A stretch of DNA of 64,000 bases from Candidatus Bathyarchaeota archaeon. Its GTDB lineage: Archaea; Thermoproteota; Bathyarchaeia; Bathyarchaeales; Bathycorpusculaceae. This document shows positions 19,023 to 28,983 of the stretch, piece by piece (the stretch's first letter is position 1; each line of letters opens with the position of its first letter). The stretch spans positions 128,001 through 192,000 of the forward strand of contig CAWAKC010000009.1 in NCBI GenBank assembly GCA_963782525.1, in the 5' to 3' direction. The position numbers and the translations under genes were made by a program. The notes beneath the pieces are model-generated. The model was given only the letters and a program-made list of their open reading frames with translations, searched no databases and was not told the DNA's origin.

Positions 19023-19790
19023 ATGCAGAAAAGTTTGTTTTCAACATTCATAATTTTATTTGTCCTACTTACTGGTTCTTTGAGTGCGGCTTTCGGCGAA
19101 ATGATGCCCACAGTCGGTGTAGCCAACGGCGACTTTTTTCGATACAATTATACATGCTACTTTAACTCAAATAACCCTCACGTAGTTCCATCAGCATCGT
19201 TTTCTGCCATAAACCAAACCGATTATTTCATGGTTAATGTAACAGATGTTTCCGGCGCCTCGGTGAATTTTGAAACGATGCTCCGAGGGTTGAATGGATC
19301 CAGCAGCATTGGAGTCTGCAACATGAACGTAGGAACTGGGATAACATCATTCTCCGGTTATGCAGGGTCCGTTTCCACAAATAATTTCTACTTCATGGCA
19401 AGAGGCGTTGGCATGATGGGCAGAATGTTCCCTTCATCCACTTCGAGTCCAACCATAAACGATACTTTTCTGATGCCTTATGCAAGTGATTCACGATTAA
19501 CCAATCATTTTGAAACGAACGATAACAACACCTTAATCGGCGTTTATAACAATTTAGACATCTATTACGACCAAGCAACAGGCATGATGGTACAGTGGCG
19601 CCAAGAAACCATCCAGACAAGCGGTACCACTCAGACTAACAGTACCCAAATGATGAACATAGCTTCATCCAATGTGTGGGTAATCCCAGAGTTTCCAACT
19701 GTTTTTGTTTCAGCTTTGGTTGCTGTCGGAGTAGCCTCAACACTTGGAGCAATTGGAATAGCCAAATACAGAAGACACTTGTTTCCCTAG
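19023..19790 (+). CDS. secreted/cell-surface protein with PEF-CTERM-like sorting signal
   Basis: Signal peptide, several N-x-S/T sequons, VIPEFP + TM + KYRR tail. Confidence 0.75.
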   Translation: MQKSLFSTFIILFVLLTGSLSAAFGEMMPTVGVANGDFFRYNYTCYFNSNNPHVVPSASFSAINQTDYFMVNVTDVSGASVNFETMLRGLNGSSSIGVCNMNVGTGITSFSGYAGSVSTNNFYFMARGVGMMGRMFPSSTSSPTINDTFLMPYASDSRLTNHFETNDNNTLIGVYNNLDIYYDQATGMMVQWRQETIQTSGTTQTNSTQMMNIASSNVWVIPEFPTVFVSALVAVGVASTLGAIGIAKYRRHLFP

Positions 19791-19803
19791 ATGAAGTAAG
19801 GGA

Positions 19804-20142
19804 TTATTTTTTCCCGAAAGTTTGCGGGTCAATCTGCCTGCGATTGCCATCCTTATCAACCACGTACATGTGGAAATCGTATTCGTTGCAGTAATTCTTG
19901 AATCCCAAGTACCTTTGCAGGTTACCTTCAAACATTTCGGGAGTTGCAATTTCGCAAATTCTGGTTACGCAGCCCTTTTTTTCTGCTTGAACATCGGGGA
20001 GGTAACCTTTGGCAATTTCGGATGGTTTCTCGTAACCTTCCACATCCGCTTTCACTAGCCAGTTATCACGTTTCAATTCTTCAGCCACTGCTCTAACGCA
20101 AGCGTCATGATTCTCTTGGGATCTAATTTTTTTCTCAGACAC
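19804..20142 (-). CDS. hypothetical protein, PD-(D/E)xK-like
   Basis: H...PDVQA...ICEIAT pattern; AGGAG SD. Confidence 0.65.
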   Translation of the reverse strand: MSEKKIRSQENHDACVRAVAEELKRDNWLVKADVEGYEKPSEIAKGYLPDVQAEKKGCVTRICEIATPEMFEGNLQRYLGFKNYCNEYDFHMYVVDKDGNRRQIDPQTFGKK

Positions 20143-20208
20143 AAACAGTTCTCCTTGATTTACATATAACCCTGACAGTTAATTCAAATATCAATTTTAA
20201 GTTTGAGG

Positions 20209-20445
20209 CTAATTATGACTGCTGGCTACTTCAAAAATTTGCTCAATCAAATCTTGTTCGTCAGCGCCTTTATGGTGGGTTAAGTGATTTTTCAAAGCTC
20301 TAGACATAGCTGCTACGTCAGGAACCACCAGGATTTTTGCTCCGCAAGTGCAAACAGTTAACGGCATGTTTTGGATTGGCAGCCGTTCATCTTTTTTGTA
20401 GGCTTCCTGGTTGATTTTTAGTTTGACGGTTTGATGTTTTTTGAT
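20209..20445 (-). CDS. small CxC...H..H metal-binding protein
   Basis: IKKHQTVKLK...MPLTVCTCGAKILVVPD...NHLTHHKG; AAGGAGG SD precedes ATC at 20445; first ATG at 20367. Confidence 0.6.
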   Translation of the reverse strand: MKKHQTVKLKINQEAYKKDERLPIQNMPLTVCTCGAKILVVPDVAAMSRALKNHLTHHKGADEQDLIEQIFEVASSHN

Positions 20446-20585
20446 AGAAAAAACCTCCTTGAATACTACACAGGACCCTGTAGGTTAACTTATTATATCT
20501 TACTTGAACCGACATAAGGGTATGTGGTAGGCTTAAAGCAACCACAATGGAAAACAGCAATACTCAAAATGCGAATGGGTAGGGA

Positions 20586-20663
20586 TGGTGGGCCGAGGCG
20601 GATTTGAACTGCCGACCTTTCGATTATCAGTCGAACGCTCCAGCCAAGCTGAGCTACCGGCCC
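20586..20663 (-). tRNA. tRNA-Ile(GAT), CCA encoded
   Basis: Cloverleaf, anticodon arm TTCGA-CT GAT AA-TCGAA, T-loop TTCAAAT. Confidence 0.95.
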
Positions 20664-20764
20664 CCATTTGACGCGTCACCAATTTAATATTATGTGGTTT
20701 TATAAGCATTGCCGTAAATCTTTTAATGCAACTCCATTATTGAAGTGTTAGGCTAGTATTGTTT

Positions 20765-20840
20765 GGGTTCGTAGCCTAGCACGGATTAAGGTGTCGGCCT
20801 TCGGAGCCGGAGATCGAGGGTTCAAATCCCTCCGGACCCG
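20765..20840 (+). tRNA. tRNA-Arg(TCG)
   Basis: Cloverleaf, anticodon arm TCGGC-CT TCG GA-GCCGG, T-loop TTCAAAT. Confidence 0.95.
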
Positions 20841-20952
20841 CTTTGCTGCCTTTTCAACAAGAAAAAGGAAACCGACAGTATATTGTTGTCATAACAAATC
20901 TTAAATCTCCCCCTATATGCATAAGAAAGAACAAAAATCAGGGGAGATATGA

Positions 20953-21903
20953 ATGGTAGATCCAATCTTAATCTTAGCAATAGTGGTTCCATTAGTAGTA
21001 ATTGCATATGCAGTTGTTTCGTCTCTGCGAATTGTTAGACCAACTGAAAAAGGGTTAGTTGAAAGGTTCGGCAAATACCACCGGTTCGTTGAAGGCGGCA
21101 TAACCTTACTGGTGCCCTTCGTGGACCGCATCATCAAAGTCAACGTAACCGAACGCATGACGCCTGTGCAGCGTCAAGACGTCATTACCAAAGACAAGGT
21201 CTTCATGGGAGTCGACGCCGTGGTCTTCTACCGAATCAAACAGGATGAACAGTCAGTAAAAGCCTCACAGTACGCCGTAGCAAGCTTTGCTGCTCAAATC
21301 GATACGCTTGCCAGAACAGTCCTAAGAGACATCATCGGCGGCATGGACATGGCTATAGCAAACACATCCCGACCCATCATTAACGCGAGCCTCAAAAATG
21401 CTTTAGATGAGCAGACAGAGAAATGGGGCATAGAGATCGTGCGAGCAGAAATCAAAGATCTTGAGCCCCCACGTGAACTCATCGTTTCCATGGAATCGGT
21501 TCTTAAAGCGGACAACGAACGCCAAGCTGCAGAGAAAACCGCCATTGCCCAAGCAACCTTAGCCAGCGGACAGAAAAACGCCGCGATCCAAGTTGCAGAA
21601 GGACAAAAACAAGCAGCGATTCTTCAAGCTGAAGGACAAAAAACCGCTACAATCGCCATCGCTGAAGGAGACGCCCAAGCCACCCGTCTTAGAAACGAGG
21701 CATTAACCACGTACTTCAAGGACAGCGCCGTCACCTTCAAACAATTAGACACTATTACAGCATCACTTCAGAACAACACCAAGATAATCGTTCCAGAAGG
21801 CAAAGCAATTTCCTTAATCCTCAACGAGCAAGAAAACCTATCCAAAGCAACGATAATTCCAATTCCGCCGCAGCCAACACAGAAAAGCAGCAAACAAATG
21901 TAA
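20953..21903 (+). CDS. SPFH/band 7 (stomatin/QmcA-like) protein
   Basis: TM, VERFGKY, QDVITKD, WGIEIVRAEI, AEG repeats. Confidence 0.9.
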   Translation: MVDPILILAIVVPLVVIAYAVVSSLRIVRPTEKGLVERFGKYHRFVEGGITLLVPFVDRIIKVNVTERMTPVQRQDVITKDKVFMGVDAVVFYRIKQDEQSVKASQYAVASFAAQIDTLARTVLRDIIGGMDMAIANTSRPIINASLKNALDEQTEKWGIEIVRAEIKDLEPPRELIVSMESVLKADNERQAAEKTAIAQATLASGQKNAAIQVAEGQKQAAILQAEGQKTATIAIAEGDAQATRLRNEALTTYFKDSAVTFKQLDTITASLQNNTKIIVPEGKAISLILNEQENLSKATIIPIPPQPTQKSSKQM

Positions 21904-21932
21904 AATAGGCTCTTATTTGAGCCCTAATTTTT

Positions 21933-22349
21933 TTATTTTTTAACGTAATCTTTTATCATTAAGTTGTGCTCAAAGGCTAATGGCTTTGGCAAATCATTTA
22001 GGTTGAACAGTTTGATTTCCTGGATTTCGCTGTCTTGCTTTTTGATTTCTCCGCTCACAGGTTTGACCACGAAACAAGTTGGATAATACTCGTAGTCAAT
22101 GCCATCCTTGATGCCTTTTTCAACGTACTCGCCAACTTTATCCACAATCTCAACAATAAGTCCTGTTTCCTCCTTGACTTCTCTAACAATGGTTTGTTCG
22201 ATGTTTTCGTCTGGGTCCATTCTGCCGCCAGGTAGCGCCCAGTAGCCTAAGAAAGGGCGAGTGTTTCGTTTTATAAGTAAAATCTGGTTATTGGGAAATG
22301 GGATTATGGCAGTTGATGTTTTACCTGTGTATTTCTTCACACCGATCAA
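21933..22349 (-). CDS. NUDIX hydrolase
   Basis: PGGRMDPDENIEQTIVREVKEETG Nudix box; LAFEH. Confidence 0.92.
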   Translation of the reverse strand: MIGVKKYTGKTSTAIIPFPNNQILLIKRNTRPFLGYWALPGGRMDPDENIEQTIVREVKEETGLIVEIVDKVGEYVEKGIKDGIDYEYYPTCFVVKPVSGEIKKQDSEIQEIKLFNLNDLPKPLAFEHNLMIKDYVKK

Positions 22350-22351
22350 TC

Positions 22352-23158
22352 CTAAGTTGTAATTTTCAGTCTCCAGTTTATGATTATTGAAACCGCGAAG
22401 ATTATGATTCCTGAGAAAACAACCAGCGGACCTGAGAATGGAATAGCAGAGTTAGGACCAAAAAAGATGCTCCAGATAAGTACCCCCGAGAACCCAGCAA
22501 TGGAACCGAAAACTGCACTTAGCCATGAGTACCTTCGCATATGAGAACTCAAGTTTTTAGCTGCAATCGCAGGAACAATTACGAGGAAGCCTACTAGTAA
22601 TGTTCCAACTATTTGTATACCGATGGCGACCACTATTGAAACAAGGAAAAGATAGAGCAGGTTTACTCTTGCAACCTTTATGCCCTTTGAGATTGCAAGG
22701 TCTTCGGAAATCATCGCCAAAACCAACTTGTCGTAAATTAATTTCGTTAGAACTATCGCCACAACACAAACGGCTCCAGCAATTATCGTGCTAAGTAATG
22801 TGACTTGGGAAATATCGCCGAACAAAGCTGACTCAAGTGCATCCAAATTGTTCCCATAGATCAAAATACCTATTGCCAAGGCAAGAGTAAACATTGCGCC
22901 CACAAGAGCTTCGAAAGAGATTTTTGTTGTTCTTTGAATTTGCCAAATAATTGCTGCCGAAATAAACAAAAAGGCAAAAGCTCCCAAAAAAGGGTTAAAA
23001 TGAAAAGTAATGCCGATGGCTAAACCCGGCAGGGCAACGTGGGATAGAGCATCGCCAACGAGCGCCATCTTCTCCAAAACCATCAGTGACCCCAAGTAGC
23101 CTGTGGCAACGCCGACAAAGATTGAAAGTATTAAGCTGTATAATGCTGAGTCAAGCAT
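22352..23158 (-). CDS. Zn/Mn ABC transporter permease (ZnuB-like)
   Basis: GDALSHVALPG, LFGDI, VGTLLV. Confidence 0.9.
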   Translation of the reverse strand: MLDSALYSLILSIFVGVATGYLGSLMVLEKMALVGDALSHVALPGLAIGITFHFNPFLGAFAFLFISAAIIWQIQRTTKISFEALVGAMFTLALAIGILIYGNNLDALESALFGDISQVTLLSTIIAGAVCVVAIVLTKLIYDKLVLAMISEDLAISKGIKVARVNLLYLFLVSIVVAIGIQIVGTLLVGFLVIVPAIAAKNLSSHMRRYSWLSAVFGSIAGFSGVLIWSIFFGPNSAIPFSGPLVVFSGIIIFAVSIIINWRLKITT

Positions 23159-23861
23159 TGCGGTAGTTTTCTCCTCTTTCGGTTTCAACGCAGACTGTTT
23201 CGCCGTAGATTTGTCTTTGAATTTCCGGTTGCACAATTTGGTTTGCTGGTCCACAGAACGTAACGCACTTGTTTAGGGCAAGTAAAGCGTCGGCGTATTC
23301 TTGGACAATGTGGATGTTGTGGGTTATTAAGAAAATCGTTATTTTCTGGGTTTTTTTGATGTCGTTGAGCATTAGGTATATTGGTTCTTCACTGTCCATG
23401 TCGACACCCGTGGTGGGCTCATCCAAAAGCAGCACATTGGGGTTATCGTTCAATGCCCACGCGATTAAAACCCGCCGAAGTTGCCCTCCAGAGAGAACCC
23501 CTAACCTCTTATCCAAGATGGTACTGTCGAATAACCTCACTTTTTTCAGAGAATTTTCAACATCCACCCCATTTCCAATAGAGAGGAATTCTCTAACTGA
23601 CATGGGAATATCGGAGACAGCTACGTATTGCGGGACGTAGCCGATTTTTACTTTCTCTGTCCATTCGATTGAACCTGTATGGGGAACAAGATTTAGTAGA
23701 GTTTTAAGAAGGATCGTTTTTCCTGCGCCATTTGGTCCAAGTATGGCTAAGGTTGTTCCTTTTTCAACGTTGAAATTTATATGGTCGAGTAAAGTTTGAT
23801 TTTGTAACTTCACACTAAGATTCGAGACTTTCAATATGTAATCGATGCTGCCTTCAACCAC
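23151..23861 (-). CDS. Zn/Mn ABC transporter ATP-binding protein (ZnuC-like)
   Basis: GPNGAGKT, IGYVPQ, LSGGQ, LLLDEP. Confidence 0.92.
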   Translation of the reverse strand: MVEGSIDYILKVSNLSVKLQNQTLLDHINFNVEKGTTLAILGPNGAGKTILLKTLLNLVPHTGSIEWTEKVKIGYVPQYVAVSDIPMSVREFLSIGNGVDVENSLKKVRLFDSTILDKRLGVLSGGQLRRVLIAWALNDNPNVLLLDEPTTGVDMDSEEPIYLMLNDIKKTQKITIFLITHNIHIVQEYADALLALNKCVTFCGPANQIVQPEIQRQIYGETVCVETERGENYRNA

Positions 23862-23935
23862 TACTTTTCACACCGTAAATAACAATAGTGATGTGCAAAA
23901 TGTATGCAATAAGTATTTTGAACAACCAACCGCCA

Positions 23936-25549
23936 TTATGGTAATCGGTTGCTCAAGGTTTGCTGCTCTTTATCAGAGAACCAGCCCTCATGTTTAAGGT
24001 ATGGTAAGCCTTTCGCAATGTTTTCTCTAAATGCGGGGTTGTTTAAGAGGTTGTTTCTTTGGGTTAAATCGTAAAGCTGACTTTCAAACCGGCTGTTCTG
24101 ATTAGTTTGGTCTTCAACTTTTGAGATTAGAGTCGTTATTACTTTGAAGCGGGGCACGAGTAAATCTTTAGTTTTTGATAATCCAAATGCTCCTTTTAGT
24201 TTTGCTGAGAAATCAAAGAGGCTAATCATTGAAGGTGCGAGCATAACGTAACGGCTAGTCAAGCCTGTCTCATAACAAACAACAAGAAAAGGAATATAGA
24301 ACAGTGCGGGACTCTTCAACGTTTGATCCCTAAAGCCAAGCGCTTCAAAATTGGCTTTGAAGGATTCCCTCAGCGTAAGGCTCTTGTTTAAATCTTCAAT
24401 CACTGGCTTCTCAAGCCTAAACAGCTTTTCCGCTTCTAACTTAAAAACACGGATCTTAGTTTCACGGGCTGCTCGGAGGTTAATTAAAGGTTGCCGTGCC
24501 AACTTCAATTCTGAGTCGAGCTGAAGGTTTAATTGTGAAATTTCTTGAGTTTTCTGTTTGCTTAATTTTTTAGAATTGCCTTCTATTGCGCTAAGGTCTT
24601 TTTTTAGTTCTTTAACCTCTTTTTGGGCTTGCTTGATTTTCTCTTTCCATCGTTTCTCGTAGACAGCATGGTTTTTTGTCGCTTGGCTTTTTGCTTCACG
24701 TTCAAACTGCTTTATCTTGCTTTCGTTGCTTTCGATGGATTTTATAGTTTTTGCCTTCATTTTTCGCAGCCCTTCAAGTTCCTCATCGAAACGATCGGCT
24801 AATTTTCCTATTTTCACTTTATAATCTTTGTTAAGTTTCGCTAATTGGGGGTTTACGAATTCTTCCAATGCCCTAATTTTAGCATCCGTTTCTTCGGTAA
24901 CTGCTTCGGCTTCATAGTCGAGCTCGGTTATGTACTGCCCAGTTGTCTTGTTTACAAGTCTTATGCATTCGGGCAGTTTTAATGCTTCATCTCTCTGCGC
25001 TAATTGTAACTTTTCAAAGTCCGAAAGCATCGACGTAATCGTTGACTCTTCAAGGACTGGAGGAAGTAAAGCCACATTGACTTGCCCCGTTATTTCAGCA
25101 GCTTCTTTTCGGTAACCAATAAATTCGGTCTTAAAATCCAAATTTACAATTAAACTTCTGAAAACAAACTGTTTTTCCTTTGTGGATTTCTGAAAATAGT
25201 TGGTGTGATCCAACAGGAATGTGTAGTAGTTTTCTCTGGGCTTCGAATTCGTCTCTAAACTTTCCATAAACCCTTTAACCGATGGAGATTCAAGATAGGA
25301 CACACGTTGAGATATATCGTTAAAGCCATCGAACACGAAAATTAAGTCGTTTTTGGGAACTAACCACAAAGGATAGCCGACTTTTGATAGACAAACGAGT
25401 TTTTCCTCAGGCTGCCTTGCGATAAATCCGCCACCCTTGCTACGCTTAAACTCGGCAAAAGCGAAAACAGATGCTGCCTCAACCTCGGTTGAACTGCTTT
25501 TAGAGTTTGAGAAGGGAAGGATAAACCGTTTGGGTGCAGAGGTTAACAT
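23936..25549 (-). CDS. hypothetical long coiled-coil protein
   Basis: 537-aa ORF with central K/E-rich heptads. Confidence 0.75.
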   Translation of the reverse strand: MLTSAPKRFILPFSNSKSSSTEVEAASVFAFAEFKRSKGGGFIARQPEEKLVCLSKVGYPLWLVPKNDLIFVFDGFNDISQRVSYLESPSVKGFMESLETNSKPRENYYTFLLDHTNYFQKSTKEKQFVFRSLIVNLDFKTEFIGYRKEAAEITGQVNVALLPPVLEESTITSMLSDFEKLQLAQRDEALKLPECIRLVNKTTGQYITELDYEAEAVTEETDAKIRALEEFVNPQLAKLNKDYKVKIGKLADRFDEELEGLRKMKAKTIKSIESNESKIKQFEREAKSQATKNHAVYEKRWKEKIKQAQKEVKELKKDLSAIEGNSKKLSKQKTQEISQLNLQLDSELKLARQPLINLRAARETKIRVFKLEAEKLFRLEKPVIEDLNKSLTLRESFKANFEALGFRDQTLKSPALFYIPFLVVCYETGLTSRYVMLAPSMISLFDFSAKLKGAFGLSKTKDLLVPRFKVITTLISKVEDQTNQNSRFESQLYDLTQRNNLLNNPAFRENIAKGLPYLKHEGWFSDKEQQTLSNRLP

Positions 25550-25602
25550 TGCAGCGTCAATGAAGGTATAAGGGACTGGTTTTTTAAAACTTGCCGTTCA
25601 CG

Positions 25603-26943
25603 TTAGCCCTTAAAGAAATCAGTTATCCTCTTTTGGAACAGTGCCTTCTTTAACAATTCACTCTGCTGTATCCAACGTTGCATCGGAATCTCGAATCTAC
25701 TGCTGATGAATTGAAGGGATTCGGCGAGATTTTTGAACATATAGGGTTTTTGGCGCATAGCGTTTCGTACATTTTCACGAACCTGCCACACGCCAATGGG
25801 CATGATATAGCCAGGTCGCGCTTCTCTTAGCACGATGGCGATGGCTTGGCGGCGTTCTTTTTGAAGTTGCTCACAAATAGCTAAGCGTGCGGAGTAGTAG
25901 CAGCCTCCGATTTGGGCATAGGCGGTGCGTCCGCTGTTGCCTTCCCAATCGCTAAAGATAGCAATGTTTGAACCTGCAGGGTTCCAAACAGTGCCCGGCC
26001 ACCATGCTTCCATCGATTCATAGCTCCACTGAGCCGGAATCATCAAAATCTCAAAAACATTATCCATGTAGATGGATTCGTAAACTCGGTATTCGTTGAT
26101 TTCGGGAAAAGTTTTGACTTTTTCTCGCAGATTCTTAGAGATAATGTCATCGACGGCTGTGATGCTCCAGCGGGTTGGAACAAGACGACGTTTCTTTTCT
26201 ACTCCGAAGGCGCCGACGCTGAAGGCTTTCTGGATCTTACTGACCATGACGCCGCGGTTGTAGAGCTCAACCACTGCGTTCGTTGCCCGCAAATCTGTGT
26301 CGTAGTAGGCTTTCTCGATTTTGTCATCGTAGCGTGCGTTTCCGACGTGGAGGTCGCGGATTGGCGCTGATGGACCAAATGGCTGCACATCATCATCTAG
26401 GTAGATGGAACCTCGAGGCTTCTTTGTAAGGTTGAGCTCGATGTCCACGCAGCTATCAGCCAAAGCCAACTCCCGTGTCTGATCTAAAATTTTGCCGCCA
26501 TCCAAAAAATTCTGTACATTAACCCTGTGCTTTCCGCGGACAAGCAAACTGCGAAAACTCACAATCTCATCCATCGACTTCCCAAACCACCGCTCGGGCA
26601 AATCATAAATTCCCGTATCCTCATGGACTGGCGGCACAAGTGGTCCCGCGTAAACGTTGGGATATCCAATTCTTCCGATGAAAACGCTCGGCGGAGACAT
26701 GCCGTCGATATCTTCTGTTGCCATTAAGGGAACGCTCTTGAGGAAATAGCTGACTTTTACCATAATTGGGCATCGGGTTTTGCCGCAGAGGGCTCGTGCT
26801 CCTTTGCAGAGGATGCAGAGGCTGTCGTTTCTTGCGCGGGTTGTGATTTGTTGCTCAGCTGCGTTGCTGTTAACTTTTTTTATAATATCCATTAGCCAGT
26901 TGTCAGGTTTAGCGCCGGTTTGGATACTCTGTATCGCGGACAT
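25603..26943 (-). CDS. nreA: Nre-family DNA repair protein
   Basis: CxxCxGxxxLCGxxxCP, SPPSVFIG, LVPTRWSITAVD, GVWQVRE, C-terminal PIP box QKRITDFF; start uncertain. Confidence 0.9.
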   Translation of the reverse strand: MSAIQSIQTGAKPDNWLMDIIKKVNSNAAEQQITTRARNDSLCILCKGARALCGKTRCPIMVKVSYFLKSVPLMATEDIDGMSPPSVFIGRIGYPNVYAGPLVPPVHEDTGIYDLPERWFGKSMDEIVSFRSLLVRGKHRVNVQNFLDGGKILDQTRELALADSCVDIELNLTKKPRGSIYLDDDVQPFGPSAPIRDLHVGNARYDDKIEKAYYDTDLRATNAVVELYNRGVMVSKIQKAFSVGAFGVEKKRRLVPTRWSITAVDDIISKNLREKVKTFPEINEYRVYESIYMDNVFEILMIPAQWSYESMEAWWPGTVWNPAGSNIAIFSDWEGNSGRTAYAQIGGCYYSARLAICEQLQKERRQAIAIVLREARPGYIMPIGVWQVRENVRNAMRQKPYMFKNLAESLQFISSRFEIPMQRWIQQSELLKKALFQKRITDFFKG

Positions 26944-27018
26944 GTGTGCTTGATTATCTTGTTTTTCTCTCATATGGTTTTTTCTACATGAAAATGACAA
27001 AACGCATGTTTAGGAGCT

Positions 27019-27591
27019 TTACCCATTAAGCAGTCGAGTTAATTTTTTAATAAATAAAACCAGCCGCTTCGGAAGCTTCGGTTTCACCTCATCCACCTTT
27101 TGAATCACTATGGGCATCGGAATGCTGGTGACGTTTGCGTCAATAATTTTTACTTGCCCATCTATTCGCTTTAAATTTTCCTCCTTTATATCGAAAATTC
27201 CGTATTTGTAAACTACCCCTCTTAAAAGTGCCAATTCTTCGGGGGTAACGTGCGTTGGAAACCCATATTCCTGTAGCAGGCAGTATTTGGTGTGCCAAAA
27301 AATCCTTGCAAACAATTGATGACGCAAGTTCTCGGGAACTCGCTTGTAGGAGCGATGGTCGTTTTCAATGCTTTTTCTTGTGCCTACTTTTAGCACAATT
27401 TTTTGCTCTTCTGAGTGGATGGCGAAGACGATTTTGTGCCAACCGTAACTTTGAAAGCGTAAATCGGGAAATTTGGCTAAAATTGTGTTTTTTAATTCAT
27501 CCTGCGGAAACAAGGAGGCTCCTGAATGTAAATGGTGGTCTATTAAATAGTCGATTTTTCGGGCAGTTTGATGGAGAGTTTTATACTTCAA
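27019..27591 (-). CDS. small protein-kinase-like protein
   Basis: YGWHKIVF, IVLKV, DIKEENL, KIIDAN. Confidence 0.6.
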   Translation of the reverse strand: MKYKTLHQTARKIDYLIDHHLHSGASLFPQDELKNTILAKFPDLRFQSYGWHKIVFAIHSEEQKIVLKVGTRKSIENDHRSYKRVPENLRHQLFARIFWHTKYCLLQEYGFPTHVTPEELALLRGVVYKYGIFDIKEENLKRIDGQVKIIDANVTSIPMPIVIQKVDEVKPKLPKRLVLFIKKLTRLLNG

Positions 27592-27671
27592 ATCTGAGCA
27601 CTCAAAAATCGTTTAGGATTAAAACATAATGCATGGACAATAATAAACCTGAATAAATTGAATTAGAAGAA

Positions 27672-27749
27672 TGGCGCCCAGGCCGGGATTCGGACCCGGG
27701 TCCTACGGGCGACAGCCGCATATACTGGACCGAACTATACTACCTGGGC
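27672..27749 (-). tRNA. tRNA-Asp(GTC), CCA encoded
   Basis: Acceptor GCCCAGG/CCTGGGC, anticodon arm TGCGG-CT GTC GC-CCGTA. Confidence 0.93.
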
Positions 27750-27964
27750 ATAAGCGCCGCAACAATACTGACAACTTTAGCTAATTAACCTTTCTCGGAT
27801 TTTAGCGCTGAAGACTTAATGGAACCTGCAAACCTATGTTCGATGTGTTGAGCAGTTGAAAGTTCTGTTTTACTCTTGTTGGCTCTCTTGGAGATGGGCT
27901 TGAGTTGCTTGGTTTGTCTCTTTATGTGGCTGGGACGGTTTTTGGATTTTCACAAGATAGCAGT

Positions 27965-28205
27965 TGAGGGCGGTTGCTTTATGTGGGTGCAACCTTTTTC
28001 CGCGCCCGTTTCAGTGTTGCATAAGCGATTCCCTCCACAAGAACAACATAGCTCCATGCAGAAGCAGACTCGGTGTGGATGTGAACCATGTTAAGCCTGC
28101 TTTATTCTTCACACACGTTGCTTGGGCATGCATGCGCCCATACTGTTAGGTCGGTCTTGTCGAAATTCAGCTCGATGCAGGAGGTTGCTGGCGATTCTAG
28201 ATGGG
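27965..28205 (-). ncRNA. unassigned structured RNA candidate
   Basis: Several nested stems with G-U pairs on the minus strand and a possible pseudoknot; no credible CDS. Confidence 0.4.
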
Positions 28206-28360
28206 AAGACTTACAGGCAAAGCTTAGAAACGACAACCCAAAAACCAAAGAATAAGGGTTGCAATTGCAAAGAACAAAAAGAGACTTTAGGCATCAAAGA
28301 AAATTATGAGTTTTCTACTTCTTAACTGAAAACAGACCTACCTGTAGCGCTCAACTGACG

Positions 28361-28936
28361 TTAACTATCCCTTCTACGAATAAGCAAAGCTAGGACAACT
28401 GCCAAACTAACCAAAACTAAAATAACAATAGCAACAACCTCTACCAAAATATCACTACCAACCGCAGATGACGAAGGCAATGGCGAGGTTGAGGTTTCGC
28501 TCGGCATCACGCGTGAAGTTGGCGGAGCAAGCGCAGAATCAATATTTTGTTCAACGATGACTGTATAGTTATCTAAAAGTCCTGCATGGAAATCTAAAAA
28601 GAAATTTCCTGTCTGGTTGTGAACGATGTGATAGTAATATTGTCCTTGAGTTGGAAGAACTGAAATTGTGCCGACTGTACTGTTGCTGGAATCATCGCTT
28701 ATCTGATATATAGTTATGTTCAAATAAAAGTAGTCAATCGGGAACGTCTCGAATGCTGGAGCGTAATCCGAATATCTAATTCGCCACTCAGAATAATTAC
28801 AGGCGAAAGGGTTCGTTACATAATCGTTTCCTTGCTCTTGGAAAGCTTTTACCTGAACCCAATTCTCGGCTCGAATGCATTGCCAAGGGATAAGTAATAG
28901 AAACACAAGAAAGGCAATAGTTACCCATCGTCTCAT
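28361..28936 (-). CDS. secreted protein with C-terminal membrane anchor
   Basis: Signal peptide, EWRIRY, S/T/P linker, TM + RRR tail. Confidence 0.75.
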   Translation of the reverse strand: MRRWVTIAFLVFLLLIPWQCIRAENWVQVKAFQEQGNDYVTNPFACNYSEWRIRYSDYAPAFETFPIDYFYLNITIYQISDDSSNSTVGTISVLPTQGQYYYHIVHNQTGNFFLDFHAGLLDNYTVIVEQNIDSALAPPTSRVMPSETSTSPLPSSSAVGSDILVEVVAIVILVLVSLAVVLALLIRRRDS

Positions 28937-28983
28937 GCATTATAATCTCCAGCAAAACGTATTAATTTTTTTAAAAAAAAGGG

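Noticed and set aside
20586-27749. tRNA-integrated island
   Set aside because: No integrase and no duplicated tRNA 3' end seen; the flanking genes are housekeeping-like.
27876-28325. Three short plus-strand ORFs; also RNase P or SRP RNA identity for this region
   Set aside because: The ORFs have no recognisable motifs or SD. The GAGGAAAGTCC/AACAGAA (RNase P) and helix-8 GGAAG..AGCA (SRP) signatures are absent.
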